Assembly: GCA_963696295.1 (NCBI GenBank)
Contig: CAVOJR010000001.1
Location: 416,001 to 480,000 of the forward strand
Length of the DNA: 64,000 nucleotides
From: an uncultured Chlamydiae bacterium
GTDB taxonomy: Bacteria > Chlamydiota > Chlamydiia > Chlamydiales > JAJFMB01
Direction: 5' to 3'
A model generated the notes under the pieces. That model had not been told where the DNA came from. It worked only from the letters and a program-made list of their open reading frames with translations, and made no database searches. Position 1 is the stretch's first letter, and each line of letters opens with the position of its first letter. The position numbers and the translations under genes are program-made. This document shows positions 18,876-28,069 of this stretch, piece by piece.

Positions 18876-18900
18876 GCGAATCCTAACCCTTAGGATTTGT
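18876..18900 (+). terminator. Hairpin downstream of mutS (terminator or operator)
   Basis: AATCCTAA-CCC-TTAGGATT perfect 8-bp stem, extendable by G-U pairs, followed by T-rich sequence. Confidence 0.4.
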
Positions 18901-19031
18901 TTGCTAATTGAATACTCATATAGTTAATCTTAAATAGAGGAATGAAAATGACCTGTTTGTTAAATGGCATTAATATGTTTGGGGGAACAGAGCCATTTAT
19001 ATTTAATATAAGTTTGACAGAGGAGGGGGAT

Positions 19032-19133
19032 ATGTCAACAAAAAAAACACAACAACAAAAAAAAACGCGCAGTGCGACTACCCGTAGAAAAGCACTCGTC
19101 AGGACGGAGGCTTCAACACCAGCTTCTCAATAA
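19032..19133 (+). CDS. Small basic protein (33 aa)
   Basis: Strong SD (GAGGAGG) before the ATG; MSTKKTQQQKKTRSATTRRKALVRTEASTPASQ; followed by a GC-rich hairpin. Confidence 0.6.
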   Translation: MSTKKTQQQKKTRSATTRRKALVRTEASTPASQ

Positions 19134-19147
19134 GTGTCGGTGGGCCT

Positions 19148-19181
19148 GTGGGAGGGGGGCAATAAGCCCTCCGCTTCCTAC
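19148..19181 (+). terminator. Putative intrinsic terminator
   Basis: GTGGGA-GGGGGGC-AATAA-GCCCTCC-gct-TCCTAC stem, then TAAAATTTTT. Confidence 0.5.
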
Positions 19182-19316
19182 TAAAATTTTTATTTCACTA
19201 ATTAATCCATTTTGTTACTTTTAAACTTTACTCGACTTTAAACTGGAATTTATGCCATTCTTGTTTCCTTCGAGTTTTTTGAGAGTGTGATGTGAATCAA
19301 TTGTGGAACTTAGAAG

Positions 19317-19976
19317 ATGCTTAGACCAAAGGGGTATTTCAAAGCCTTTCATCAAGATACTCCCTTGCTATTCCAGTTCATTTACACGGAATATTTATCC
19401 ACCCAGCGCGAATTGCTCTCCCTCATCAACCTCATCCAGCGCGCTAAGAAAAAAGCTTCTATCGAAGTCGTCTCCGCCGCTTTGATCCGGTTAACCGGCG
19501 CCGCCAACGATTATATGCGCCTGTTCAACTGGAATCACAACGACGGAATCTTGACCAAATTGAAAAATAACTGCATCCATTTTGTCCAAAATTCCCCCAT
19601 TCCGGGAATAGACATCTCATTGCTGCACGTTTACACCGACCAGGCGTGGCTCTTAACGGCGAAGTGTCTGCATGGCGTGCAACAAGGCGCTATCGAAGGG
19701 AAGCTATTACAGCAATCCTATGATACGCTCCTCTTGCTGGGTGAAATACTCAGACAGATGATCGCTCATTTTAAAGAGGATGAAAATGTCATTTTTTTCC
19801 TCTTGCGCCACAAAGAACCGCTCGACTCGCTTTATCAAGAGCCCTTCGTGCGAAATTGTTTTGAAAAAATCTATCCCGAAGGGTTACGCTCAGTTTCTCA
19901 ATTCCTCATTGCCCGTTATACGGAAAGAGGCTTTGTGCATTTAATCCCTATCATAGAAAAATTATGCCGCACATAG
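19317..19976 (+). CDS. Hypothetical protein
   Basis: 219-aa ORF overlapping the next gene of the priA operon. Confidence 0.7.
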   Translation: MLRPKGYFKAFHQDTPLLFQFIYTEYLSTQRELLSLINLIQRAKKKASIEVVSAALIRLTGAANDYMRLFNWNHNDGILTKLKNNCIHFVQNSPIPGIDISLLHVYTDQAWLLTAKCLHGVQQGAIEGKLLQQSYDTLLLLGEILRQMIAHFKEDENVIFFLLRHKEPLDSLYQEPFVRNCFEKIYPEGLRSVSQFLIARYTERGFVHLIPIIEKLCRT

Positions 19977-20755
19977 ATGAACTGAAAGAGTTGATTTCGT
20001 TGACGAAACTCTTTCTCCTCTCAGAATATTCTCCCAAGGAATGGAAATTTTGCGACGAAGCGTCGTACCGCTTTTTTAAAGAGCGGGCGCAAAAACTTCC
20101 CCTTCCGGAAAAAGCTCCGGCCCCGGCTCCAAAAATCGAAGCCGCTCAGGAACCGCCAAAAATCGCAATCCCTCCAAAGGAAGCGCCAAAAGCCATCACC
20201 CCTCCAAAGGAAGCCCCAAAAAAAGAAGAAGCGGCGGTCATTAATCTGGAACCGGTGCGGCAAACCGACGCGAGCGACTTTAGCGACATCAAAAAGATAT
20301 TGCAAGCGCGTTTTCCCGCTTTGACTCTGCTGCCCGCGCCGCCGGATGACAGCGAAGCGAAAAAAGAAAGCAAAGCCGCTTTTGGCGAAATCGTGATCCT
20401 CTCTTTTGAGCGGCAGACCTCTCCTTTCATAAAAAACCTCGCCTGCGCGATTCAACAGGAGATCGCCCCCTGCACCATCGTTTCCGCGGCGCGCCTGGAG
20501 AGTGAAAAAGAGTGGGAAAACCTCTTGCGGCAGGAGCAGCTGAAACTGATTCTCTCTACCGACTACGGGCTGTTTTCCCTGCCCGGCGCGATGCCCTACT
20601 TCCGGGAAATCCCCAAACAGGCAAAATCATTTTTGGGCAACGTTCCGCTGCTGCTTCTCACTGATCTCTCCCTCTATCTTAAAGAGCCCAAATTGAAACC
20701 GACCCTTTGGCGCGCGATTTGTCAGATGTTAAGCTCCGGGATGAAACGATCGTAA
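19964..20755 (+). CDS. Chlamydial conserved hypothetical protein (CT779-like) with a P/K/E/A-rich linker
   Basis: Directly upstream of priA; C-terminal YLKEPKLKPTLWRAI; repeated PPKEAPK. Confidence 0.65.
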   Translation: MPHIDELKELISLTKLFLLSEYSPKEWKFCDEASYRFFKERAQKLPLPEKAPAPAPKIEAAQEPPKIAIPPKEAPKAITPPKEAPKKEEAAVINLEPVRQTDASDFSDIKKILQARFPALTLLPAPPDDSEAKKESKAAFGEIVILSFERQTSPFIKNLACAIQQEIAPCTIVSAARLESEKEWENLLRQEQLKLILSTDYGLFSLPGAMPYFREIPKQAKSFLGNVPLLLLTDLSLYLKEPKLKPTLWRAICQMLSSGMKRS

Positions 20756-20757
20756 GA

Positions 20758-22992
20758 ATGAAAGAATATCCCCTATACGCCTCCGTCATCACCGATCTTG
20801 CGATTCACAAGCCGCTCGATTACGGCATCCCCGCCCACCTCGTCGACGGCATTCAGAAGGGGGTCCTCGTAGAAGCCCCCATCAAGGGTTTTTTAAGGAA
20901 AGGCTATATCTATGAGGTGAAGGAAAAACCCGATTTCCAGCCGGTCCTTCCCATCGCCAAAGTCCTGACCGATAATCCTCTGATCCCGGCCGATCTTTTC
21001 GAACTGGCTGTCTGGATGAGCGGCTACTACTGCTGCCCTTTAAGCCAGGTGCTCAAAATAATGCTGCCCCCAAGCGTCAGAAAAAATGAGCGGCCTAAAG
21101 AGCAGAAGATGGTGCTGCGGCTGAAAACCAAAGAGGAGCTGAAAGAGGCGGCCATCGGCCTCAGAAACAAAGCGACAAAACAGGCCGAAGTGCTCGATGT
21201 GATGCTGCAGGTGACGAAAGGGATCTTCTTTACCGAGCTGATAGAAAAAGTCCCCGGCGCCGAAAAAGCTATCGAGGCCCTCTGCAAAAAAGGATACCTC
21301 GCAATCGAAAGAGTCCATGTCGACCGCTCGCCCCTCGCTAATGCCGAGTATTTCAAAACAAGCAAAAAAAATTTAAGCGAGGAGCAATCGTCCGCTTTCG
21401 CCAAAATATGCGCCACCATCGAAGAGGCGCGGTTTTGCACCCATCTGCTGCATGGGGTGACCGGCAGCGGCAAAACGGAAGTCTACCTGCAGGCGATCGA
21501 TTACGCTTTGCAAAAGGGTAAAAGCGCGATCATGCTCGTCCCCGAAATTTCCCTCACCGGGCAAACCATCGAGAGGTTCCGCTCCCGCTTTGAAGGGCAC
21601 ATCGCCATCCTCCACCACCGCTTGAGCCATGGAGAGCGCCTTGACGAATGGAAAAGGGTAAAGATGGGAAGAGCCAGGATTGTGATCGGCGCGAGATCCG
21701 CCGTCTTCAGCCCGGCCAAGGACCTGGGGCTCATCATTGTCGACGAAGAGCATGAATCCTCCTACAAACAAAATGAGGAAACGCCCTGCTATCATGCGCG
21801 GGATATCGCCGTTATGCGCGCGCATTTCGCCAAGGCCGCTGTGGTTTTAGGCAGTGCGACGCCGAGCATCGAAAGCTACTACAACGCCCAAATCGGAAAA
21901 TACACCCTCTCCACGCTCACCTGCCGGGCTGACAGCGCCAAAATCCCGAAAGTGAAAATTGTAGACATGAAGCAGGAATTTGAGCGGCAGCAGGGCTACA
22001 CCAATTTTTCCGAACCCCTTATTGAAGGAATTAAAAAGCGGCTCGAAGCCGGTGAGCAAACCATCCTTTTCCTCAACCGCCGCGGCTACCACACGACGCT
22101 CTTTTGCCCCTCCTGCAGCCAGGCGGTCCAGTGCCCCCACTGCGACCTCGCTCTTACCTTCCACCTCAACGCCAAAACTCTGTCCTGCCACATGTGCGGC
22201 TTTGCCATCTCCCCGCCCCCCTTGCACTGCCCCCATTGCAAAACGGGCGTGCCGATGAAATTCCGCGGCGTGGGAACCGAGCAGATCGAAAGGGCGCTGC
22301 ACGCCATCTTCCCCGAAGTCCGCACGATCCGCCTCGACGCCGACACGACCCGCCACAAAGGAAGCCACGAGAAGCTGCTCCGGCAGTTTGGCACCGGCAA
22401 AGCCGATGTGCTGATCGGCACGCAGATGGTGGCAAAGGGACTGCACTTTTCCGAAGTCACGCTAGTCGGCGTCATCAACAGCGACGCCGGCCTCTATTTC
22501 CCCGATTTTCGCGCCTCGGAATCGGTCTTTCAGCTGATTACCCAGGTGGCCGGCCGGGCAGGGAGAGGCGCGCTGCCGGGCGAGGTGGTCATCCAAACCT
22601 TTATGCCGGACAACCGGATCATCCAGCTCGCCGCCGCCCAAGATTTCAATACCTTTTACAAGGAAGAGATCGAAACCCGGAAACTCTTTCACTACCCCCC
22701 TTTCACTAAAATGGTGAAGATCACCTTTTCTGGCAAAGAGAGCGCCCTCACCAGCACAGTCGCAAACCAGGTGCAGATTTACTTAAGCCAGACCCTCCCC
22801 GCCCACTTTGCGGTGCATCCCATCATTCCTTCGGGGTATGCCAAGCTGAAAGACTTCTTCCGCTTTCAGTGCCTGATAAGGGGGCCTTCGGTCATCCCGA
22901 TCAATAAAGCGCTTGGATCGGTCAGGGAAAAGCTCAACATCCCAAGCAAAATAAAAATATTAATAGATGTGAACCCAACCTCGACGTTCTAG
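20758..22992 (+). CDS. priA: Primosomal protein N'
   Basis: GVTGSGKTEVY, DEEHE, four CxxC pairs, GTQMVAKG, QVAGRAGR. Confidence 0.97.
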   Translation: MKEYPLYASVITDLAIHKPLDYGIPAHLVDGIQKGVLVEAPIKGFLRKGYIYEVKEKPDFQPVLPIAKVLTDNPLIPADLFELAVWMSGYYCCPLSQVLKIMLPPSVRKNERPKEQKMVLRLKTKEELKEAAIGLRNKATKQAEVLDVMLQVTKGIFFTELIEKVPGAEKAIEALCKKGYLAIERVHVDRSPLANAEYFKTSKKNLSEEQSSAFAKICATIEEARFCTHLLHGVTGSGKTEVYLQAIDYALQKGKSAIMLVPEISLTGQTIERFRSRFEGHIAILHHRLSHGERLDEWKRVKMGRARIVIGARSAVFSPAKDLGLIIVDEEHESSYKQNEETPCYHARDIAVMRAHFAKAAVVLGSATPSIESYYNAQIGKYTLSTLTCRADSAKIPKVKIVDMKQEFERQQGYTNFSEPLIEGIKKRLEAGEQTILFLNRRGYHTTLFCPSCSQAVQCPHCDLALTFHLNAKTLSCHMCGFAISPPPLHCPHCKTGVPMKFRGVGTEQIERALHAIFPEVRTIRLDADTTRHKGSHEKLLRQFGTGKADVLIGTQMVAKGLHFSEVTLVGVINSDAGLYFPDFRASESVFQLITQVAGRAGRGALPGEVVIQTFMPDNRIIQLAAAQDFNTFYKEEIETRKLFHYPPFTKMVKITFSGKESALTSTVANQVQIYLSQTLPAHFAVHPIIPSGYAKLKDFFRFQCLIRGPSVIPINKALGSVREKLNIPSKIKILIDVNPTSTF

Positions 22993-22996
22993 AACA

Positions 22997-23025
22997 TTTA
23001 CAAAAAAAATCCCCTCTGCTACCAT
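22997..23025 (+). promoter_or_regulatory. Putative sigma66 promoter of the small ORF-lysS unit
   Basis: TTTACA-N17-TACCAT with TG extended -10; ATG 7 nt downstream. Confidence 0.55.
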
Positions 23026-23032
23026 GTCGCAT

Positions 23033-23194
23033 ATGTTTAAATGGGTCGATCAATTTACCGAAGCTAAGTTTCAAACAAAATTTTTTATTTTTACCGCCAT
23101 CTTGTTTGGTCTGCTGATTATCGGTTCCATGTTATATTGCTATACCCGAGTAGAAATCATTCACAACCAGAAAATATATGATTCAAAAGCCTGA
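23033..23194 (+). CDS. Small single-pass membrane protein (53 aa), not in the ORF track
   Basis: MFKWVDQFTEAKFQTKFFIFTAILFGLLIIGSMLYCYTRVEIIHNQKIYDSKA; fills the priA-lysS gap and overlaps the lysS start. Confidence 0.65.
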   Translation: MFKWVDQFTEAKFQTKFFIFTAILFGLLIIGSMLYCYTRVEIIHNQKIYDSKA

Positions 23195-24761
23195 TTATCA
23201 CAGCCACGAAGAGTTTCAAAACCGCTCGCGCAAACTCGCTGAAGTACGAGCCAGCGGCATCGACCCCTACCCCCACCGCTTTGAACCGAGCGAAACAGCC
23301 AAGGATCTGCACCAGAAATTTCACGAGGTGGAGATCGGACACAGCGACGACGCCATCGCCGGCAACACCCAGCCCGTCTGCGTGGCCGGACGCCTGGTGC
23401 TCTTCCGAGCTATGGGAAAAAACGCTTTCGCCCATATCCAGGATAACACCGACCGCATTCAAGTGATGTTCAACCGCGATGAGACCGAAATGGTCGGCCT
23501 GAACGATCCCGAGACAAACGCGCTCAAATTCCTCGAGAAAAAAGTCGATCTGGGAGACATTTTAGGTATTGAAGGCTATCTCTTCCGCACGCAGAAAGGG
23601 GAACTCACCATTTTCGCCAAAAGGGTCACCCTTCTTTGCAAAACGCTTTTACCTCTCGCTGACAAACACGCCGGCCTTACCGACAAAGAGCTCCGCTACC
23701 GCAAACGGTGGCTCGACCTGATCTCCAACCAGGAGACCAAAGAGCTGTTCCGCAACAGAAGCCGGTTGATCAAAATTTTGCGCGATTTCTGCCATGAACA
23801 AGACTTTCTGGAAGTGGAAACACCTGTTTTGCAAAGCATCTACGGAGGCGCTGAAGCCCGCCCCTTTATCACCAAATTAAACGCCTTAAATCAAGAGATG
23901 TTCCTGCGCATTTCTCTCGAAATCCCCCTGAAAAAATTGATTGTCGGCGGAATGAACCGCGTGTTCGAACTGGGCCGCGTTTTCCGCAATGAAGGGATCG
24001 ACCGCAACCACAACCCCGAATTTACCCTCTTTGAAGCCTACGCCTCCTATTGGGATTACAACGATATGATGCGCTTTGTGGAAAACCTGGTCGAGAGGAT
24101 GGCCATCGAAATGCACGGCACGACGCTGATTAAAGGGACCTCCCCAAAAACGGGTGAAAGGGTCACTGTCGACGTGAAGGCCCCCTGGAAAAGAATGACG
24201 ATGAAAGACGCCATCCATACCTATGGCCACCTCAATGTCGATGAGCTCTCCGACGAAAAATTGCGCGAGATTTTGGAAAAAAGCGGAGACGTGGAACCGA
24301 AGAAGCTCGCCCACCTGAACCGGGGTCTGATGATTGCCGCTCTCTTTGAAGTCGTTGCCGAACCCCACCTCATCCAGCCTCATCACATCATCGATCACCC
24401 GATCGAAACGACTCCCCTTTGCAAACTGCACCGCGACCCGAAAGCGCGGCAAGAGCGCCTCGTGGAGCGGTTCGAGAGTTTTGTCTTGTGCGGCGAACTT
24501 TCCAACGCCTATTCCGAGTTAAACGATCCGGTCCTGCAGCGGGAATTGCTCGAAGAGCAAGCCAAGCGGCGCGACGCCGGCGATGAAGAGGCGAGCCCGC
24601 TGGATGAAGAGTTTATCGAGGCGATCTGCCAGGGTATGCCCCCTACGGGCGGTCTTGGCATCGGCATCGATCGTCTGATAATGCTAATCACCGAAACGCA
24701 TTCGATCCGCGACGTTCTTTATTTCCCCTGGATGAAGCCATCCCATATGGAAGAAGAATAA
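23178..24761 (+). CDS. lysS: Lysine-tRNA ligase (class II)
   Basis: RYRKRWLDL, GGAEARPF, FRNEGID..HNPEFT, GMPPTGGLGIGIDRL. Confidence 0.98.
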   Translation: MIQKPDYHSHEEFQNRSRKLAEVRASGIDPYPHRFEPSETAKDLHQKFHEVEIGHSDDAIAGNTQPVCVAGRLVLFRAMGKNAFAHIQDNTDRIQVMFNRDETEMVGLNDPETNALKFLEKKVDLGDILGIEGYLFRTQKGELTIFAKRVTLLCKTLLPLADKHAGLTDKELRYRKRWLDLISNQETKELFRNRSRLIKILRDFCHEQDFLEVETPVLQSIYGGAEARPFITKLNALNQEMFLRISLEIPLKKLIVGGMNRVFELGRVFRNEGIDRNHNPEFTLFEAYASYWDYNDMMRFVENLVERMAIEMHGTTLIKGTSPKTGERVTVDVKAPWKRMTMKDAIHTYGHLNVDELSDEKLREILEKSGDVEPKKLAHLNRGLMIAALFEVVAEPHLIQPHHIIDHPIETTPLCKLHRDPKARQERLVERFESFVLCGELSNAYSELNDPVLQRELLEEQAKRRDAGDEEASPLDEEFIEAICQGMPPTGGLGIGIDRLIMLITETHSIRDVLYFPWMKPSHMEEE

Positions 24762-24832
24762 ATATAGGACATGAGCGGCCAAAGGCAATTTTATTTTTCC
24801 GCTCACCTTCAATGTTGAATTTCTGATTGCTC

Positions 24833-25069
24833 TCAAGTAGTAAATTTAACACCGGGAACTTTATACTCAGGAACACAATAGGTAACGCCGTCCAAAGTCA
24901 CGATACGTGACGACATGGGTGTGGCGTTTATTTGGATGTTCTTAAAAATATCTCTTACGTCAAGAGTATTTCCTATCAAAGGGATTTGTGATCCCATTGT
25001 ATGATGGTGTGTTTCCACTGTAATAATAGAGCTTGTTGATGGATTTACATTATTTACATTTGCTGTCAT
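24833..25069 (-). CDS. Small hypothetical protein with an N/S/T-rich N-terminus
   Basis: AGGTGA SD before the ATG; MTANVNNVNPSTSS. Confidence 0.55.
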   Translation of the reverse strand: MTANVNNVNPSTSSIITVETHHHTMGSQIPLIGNTLDVRDIFKNIQINATPMSSRIVTLDGVTYCVPEYKVPGVKFTT

Positions 25070-25224
25070 AATTTCACCTAAGTTATTTTTACAACTTAAT
25101 CATAAATAAATTAACAATAAAAATCAATAAAATTAATCTTAACAAAATATTAATATAATATTAATAATAAACACATACGCTTGGATGAAAATTTTGAGCC
25201 AGAAGCTTGTAAAATAATAGGCTC

Positions 25225-25473
25225 TCAACCTGCGCGCTTCCTCAGCGTCAAGCCCTCAAGCCTTGTGAGAAGCTTGTCATTCACTTCGCCCCTTTTCCAA
25301 AGTTCCAGCAATAGCTGCCGCTCCGCTTGCAATACTTTAGTCCTTGCAAGCTCAAGCCAGGGACTGGGGCGGCTTTTTAGAGGATTCTTGCTTGTCCGGA
25401 TTATGAAGATGACAAGCACTTGGGTCGCCAAAGACTCGATGAACCAGCTAGTATGAAAAAGAGACTCTCCTGC
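25225..25473 (-). pseudogene. Chimeric relic: MgtA P-type ATPase C-terminal fragment joined to a CPA1 Na+/H+ antiporter C-terminal fragment
   Basis: AGESLFHTSWFIESLATQVLVIFIIRT..NPLKSRPS (MgtA-like), then VLQAERQLLLELWKRGEVNDKLLTRLE / LDAEEAR (antiporter tail, frameshifted). Confidence 0.65.
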
Positions 25474-25514
25474 TTATGATTTTAGTACATCTAAACCAAT
25501 ATAATGATATTTGA

Positions 25515-25543
25515 TTGACACACCCCAGCATTTATTATATTAT
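25515..25543 (+). promoter_or_regulatory. Putative sigma66 promoter
   Basis: TTGACA-N17-TATTAT. Confidence 0.55.
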
Positions 25544-25556
25544 TTCCATTAAAAAA

Positions 25557-26789
25557 ATGGTTGATATAATGCTATTTCCTATAGTTATTATTTTAATTGC
25601 GCTTATTATGATCTGCTTTGAAAAAAGCAGGCCGGGCAGAAGCTGGCCTCAAGTGAGCCTCTGGTGGCTGCGCGCCGGCTTTTTGAATGGCCTCCAAGCG
25701 GGAACTGTCTTCCTGGCGGGTTTGAGCTGGGATCGCTGGATGATAGAGCGGCATCACGGCGCCCTTGCCGGCCTAAGCAGTTTCTGGGGCGGAATCGCCG
25801 GCTACCTCGTTATCACCTTTGTGTTCTATTGGTGGCACCGCTTAAGGCACTCCAGCGATTTTCTCTGGAGATGGTTTCACCAAATGCACCACAGCCCCCA
25901 GAGGCTGGAAATTATCACCGCCTTTTACAAGCACCCTTTTGAACTTGTTGCCGACAGCATTCTCTGCAGCGCTATCCTTTATATCGGCTTAGGATTGTCC
26001 CCGGCTGCTGCCGCTAATGCCGTTTTACTCTCCGGACTGGCAGAGCTTTTTTATCACTGGAACATCAAAACCCCTTATTGGCTGGGCTTTATTTTCCAAA
26101 GGCCTGAAAGCCACTGCGTCCATCACCAGGATGGAGTGCACGCCTATAATTATGCCGATCTCCCCCTTTGGGATATGCTTTTCGGCACCTTCAGAAACCC
26201 CAGGCAATGGAATGAAAAATGCGGTTTGGGAGAAAATGAACATCGCTTCGCAGAAATATTAGCGGGCCGCGATGTCACCAAAAGGAAGAAACAAAACCCC
26301 GCACAAGTTTTTATTTCCGCATTCCTGGTTATCTTCGCCCTGCTTCAGATGACGGGGGATCTGTGCCAGCAAAACTGGATGAAAGCCATAGGCGCTGCGT
26401 GGGGAGCATCCCCCGCCCCGAAAGTATTTTCATCCGCCGAAGGGCTGGAAACATTTTCTTCTCAATTTTTCTTGATCTGGGAAGATCAAAACGGTGTGAC
26501 ACAGCGCACGCCATTGACCCCGAAGCTCGCTAAACGAATGAAAGGGCCTTATAACCGCCGCAATGTGTACGGGGCCATTTTATCGTACGGACCCCTGCTG
26601 GCCAAAAATGAAGCGCTGCGGGACGCCTATGAGTCCATCTTGAATTATGCCATCTGTCGAAATGGGCCCCTTTTAAAAGAATTGGGAATAAATGCCGAGG
26701 CGCTATCAAAAGGGATCATCATCGAAGTGGCCCCTAGAATGGGCAACGACTATTCTCATTTGGAATTATTCAAAGAAGTAACGCTATGA
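25557..26789 (+). CDS. Sterol desaturase/fatty-acid hydroxylase fused to a C-terminal domain of unknown function
   Basis: His boxes YWWHRLRH, HQMHH, HCVHH and WDMLFGTF; extra ~165 aa with a TM helix and ASPAPKVF, GPYNRRNVYGA. Confidence 0.85.
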   Translation: MVDIMLFPIVIILIALIMICFEKSRPGRSWPQVSLWWLRAGFLNGLQAGTVFLAGLSWDRWMIERHHGALAGLSSFWGGIAGYLVITFVFYWWHRLRHSSDFLWRWFHQMHHSPQRLEIITAFYKHPFELVADSILCSAILYIGLGLSPAAAANAVLLSGLAELFYHWNIKTPYWLGFIFQRPESHCVHHQDGVHAYNYADLPLWDMLFGTFRNPRQWNEKCGLGENEHRFAEILAGRDVTKRKKQNPAQVFISAFLVIFALLQMTGDLCQQNWMKAIGAAWGASPAPKVFSSAEGLETFSSQFFLIWEDQNGVTQRTPLTPKLAKRMKGPYNRRNVYGAILSYGPLLAKNEALRDAYESILNYAICRNGPLLKELGINAEALSKGIIIEVAPRMGNDYSHLELFKEVTL

Positions 26790-27598
26790 AAAATAAGTGG
26801 ACTTACAATCAATATGCCCTGTTCAGAATCATCTTCGGACTCTATTTGATGATCCATTTTATCAACTTACTGCCTTGGGGAAGCGAGTTGTTCTCAAACC
26901 AGGGAATGCTCCCGGAAGCCTCTTTAAGCCCCTTATATAATTTATTTCCAAGCCTTTTACTCATCAACGACTCTCCCCTTGCCGTGACTGCTTTCATTGT
27001 AATGGGGATCGCAGGCAGCGCTTGCCTGATGTTGGGAAAATGGGATCGTTATGCCGCCCTATTGAATTGGTATATCCTCACTTCGCTTTTCGATCGCAAC
27101 CCGCTCATTGCCAATCCTAGCCTCCCCTATATAGGATGGCTGTTGATTGCTCACGCCTGCTTACCGCGGAACCGAGGGGATGAGTGGAGAATGCCTCCCG
27201 GCATATTTTTTGCCGCCTGGCTGGCAATGGCCCTGGGATATTCCTACAGCGGATATGCCAAACTGACCAGCCCCTCTTGGGTGGATGGCAGCGCATTTCA
27301 TTATGTCCTGACAAATCCTCTTGCCAGATCCAATCTGCTGACAACCTATCTCTTGCACTTGCCGGAAACAGCTATCAAATGTTTGACCTGGGGCGCGCTT
27401 GCCGCAGAGCTGCTGTTTGCGCCCTTAGCCCTAGTTTCGCGCGCCAGGCCGTGGATCTGGCTGACGCTTTTTGGAATGCACGCGGGCTTGCTTTTCATCC
27501 TGAGATTTGCCGACCTGACTTTCGGGATGATTATTTTGCATCTCTTCACATTTGATCCCGGCTGGATAAAGCCCAAAGCCCAAAAAGGTTTTTTATGA
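26786..27598 (+). CDS. HTTM-domain membrane protein
   Basis: FRIIFGLYL..HF, ELFSNQGML, RNPLIANPSLPY, YSYSGYAKLTSPSWVDG, MHAGL. Confidence 0.75.
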   Translation: MKNKWTYNQYALFRIIFGLYLMIHFINLLPWGSELFSNQGMLPEASLSPLYNLFPSLLLINDSPLAVTAFIVMGIAGSACLMLGKWDRYAALLNWYILTSLFDRNPLIANPSLPYIGWLLIAHACLPRNRGDEWRMPPGIFFAAWLAMALGYSYSGYAKLTSPSWVDGSAFHYVLTNPLARSNLLTTYLLHLPETAIKCLTWGALAAELLFAPLALVSRARPWIWLTLFGMHAGLLFILRFADLTFGMIILHLFTFDPGWIKPKAQKGFL

Positions 27599-27780
27599 TA
27601 GCTCCTCAAGCTTATGCCGCGCCTTTGTTCTAGGCCGTTTTCGCCCCTCTCCAGGATCCGGACGGGGCCATTGTCGTTTCCGGCGCCGCGCTGTTTCAGG
27701 GAGATGCCATTGTTTGCGTTTTAGAATTCTTCGGGGGAATCTGGAAATGCGCAGCAAAATTTCATTCAGAAATTCAATAA
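27588..27780 (+). pseudogene. Degenerate DCC1/DUF393 thiol-disulfide oxidoreductase domain
   Basis: Shifted frames give VFYDSSSSLCRAFV and FAPLQ..PDGAIVV..GDAIVCVLEFFGGIWK; CxxC lost; two frameshifts. Confidence 0.65.
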
Positions 27781-27884
27781 CACGCTTGCTTTTAACCTAT
27801 TCACAATGATAGCTGCTGGCATAATAATGCAAAAGGGGCAAATCCGAAGATAAATCTTTGAAGAGCCTTGCTTCTCCCGGGCTG

Positions 27885-27964
27885 AAGGATAGGAAATTCA
27901 AGAGTGGTCTGGTCTGCGAACTTAAGGGAATGCAGACCAGACCACTCTTGAATTTCCTATCCTT
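27885..27964. repeat. Perfect 33-bp inverted repeat with a 14-nt spacer (MITE/REP-like palindrome)
   Basis: AAGGATAGGAAATTCAAGAGTGGTCTGGTCTGC (27885-27917) is the exact reverse complement of 27932-27964. Confidence 0.9.
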
Positions 27965-28069
27965 AAAGATCCGCTCCAGTTATTATTCCGGTAATTTTTC
28001 TATGGATAACTTTTGCAGCGTGGCGTTTGGTTGCTTATTTGAGGATTTTCAACCCTTTTGCCTGTCGTT

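Noticed and set aside
18852..18882. sigma28-like promoter TAAAGTGT-N15-TGCGAATC upstream of the basic peptide
   Set aside because: Partial match only, 150 nt from the ATG, overlaps a hairpin, and presence of sigma28 in this organism is unknown
22104..22709. Alternative-frame and antisense ORFs within priA, mutS, lysS, pro and bio genes
   Set aside because: Shadow ORFs of well-supported genes, without motifs
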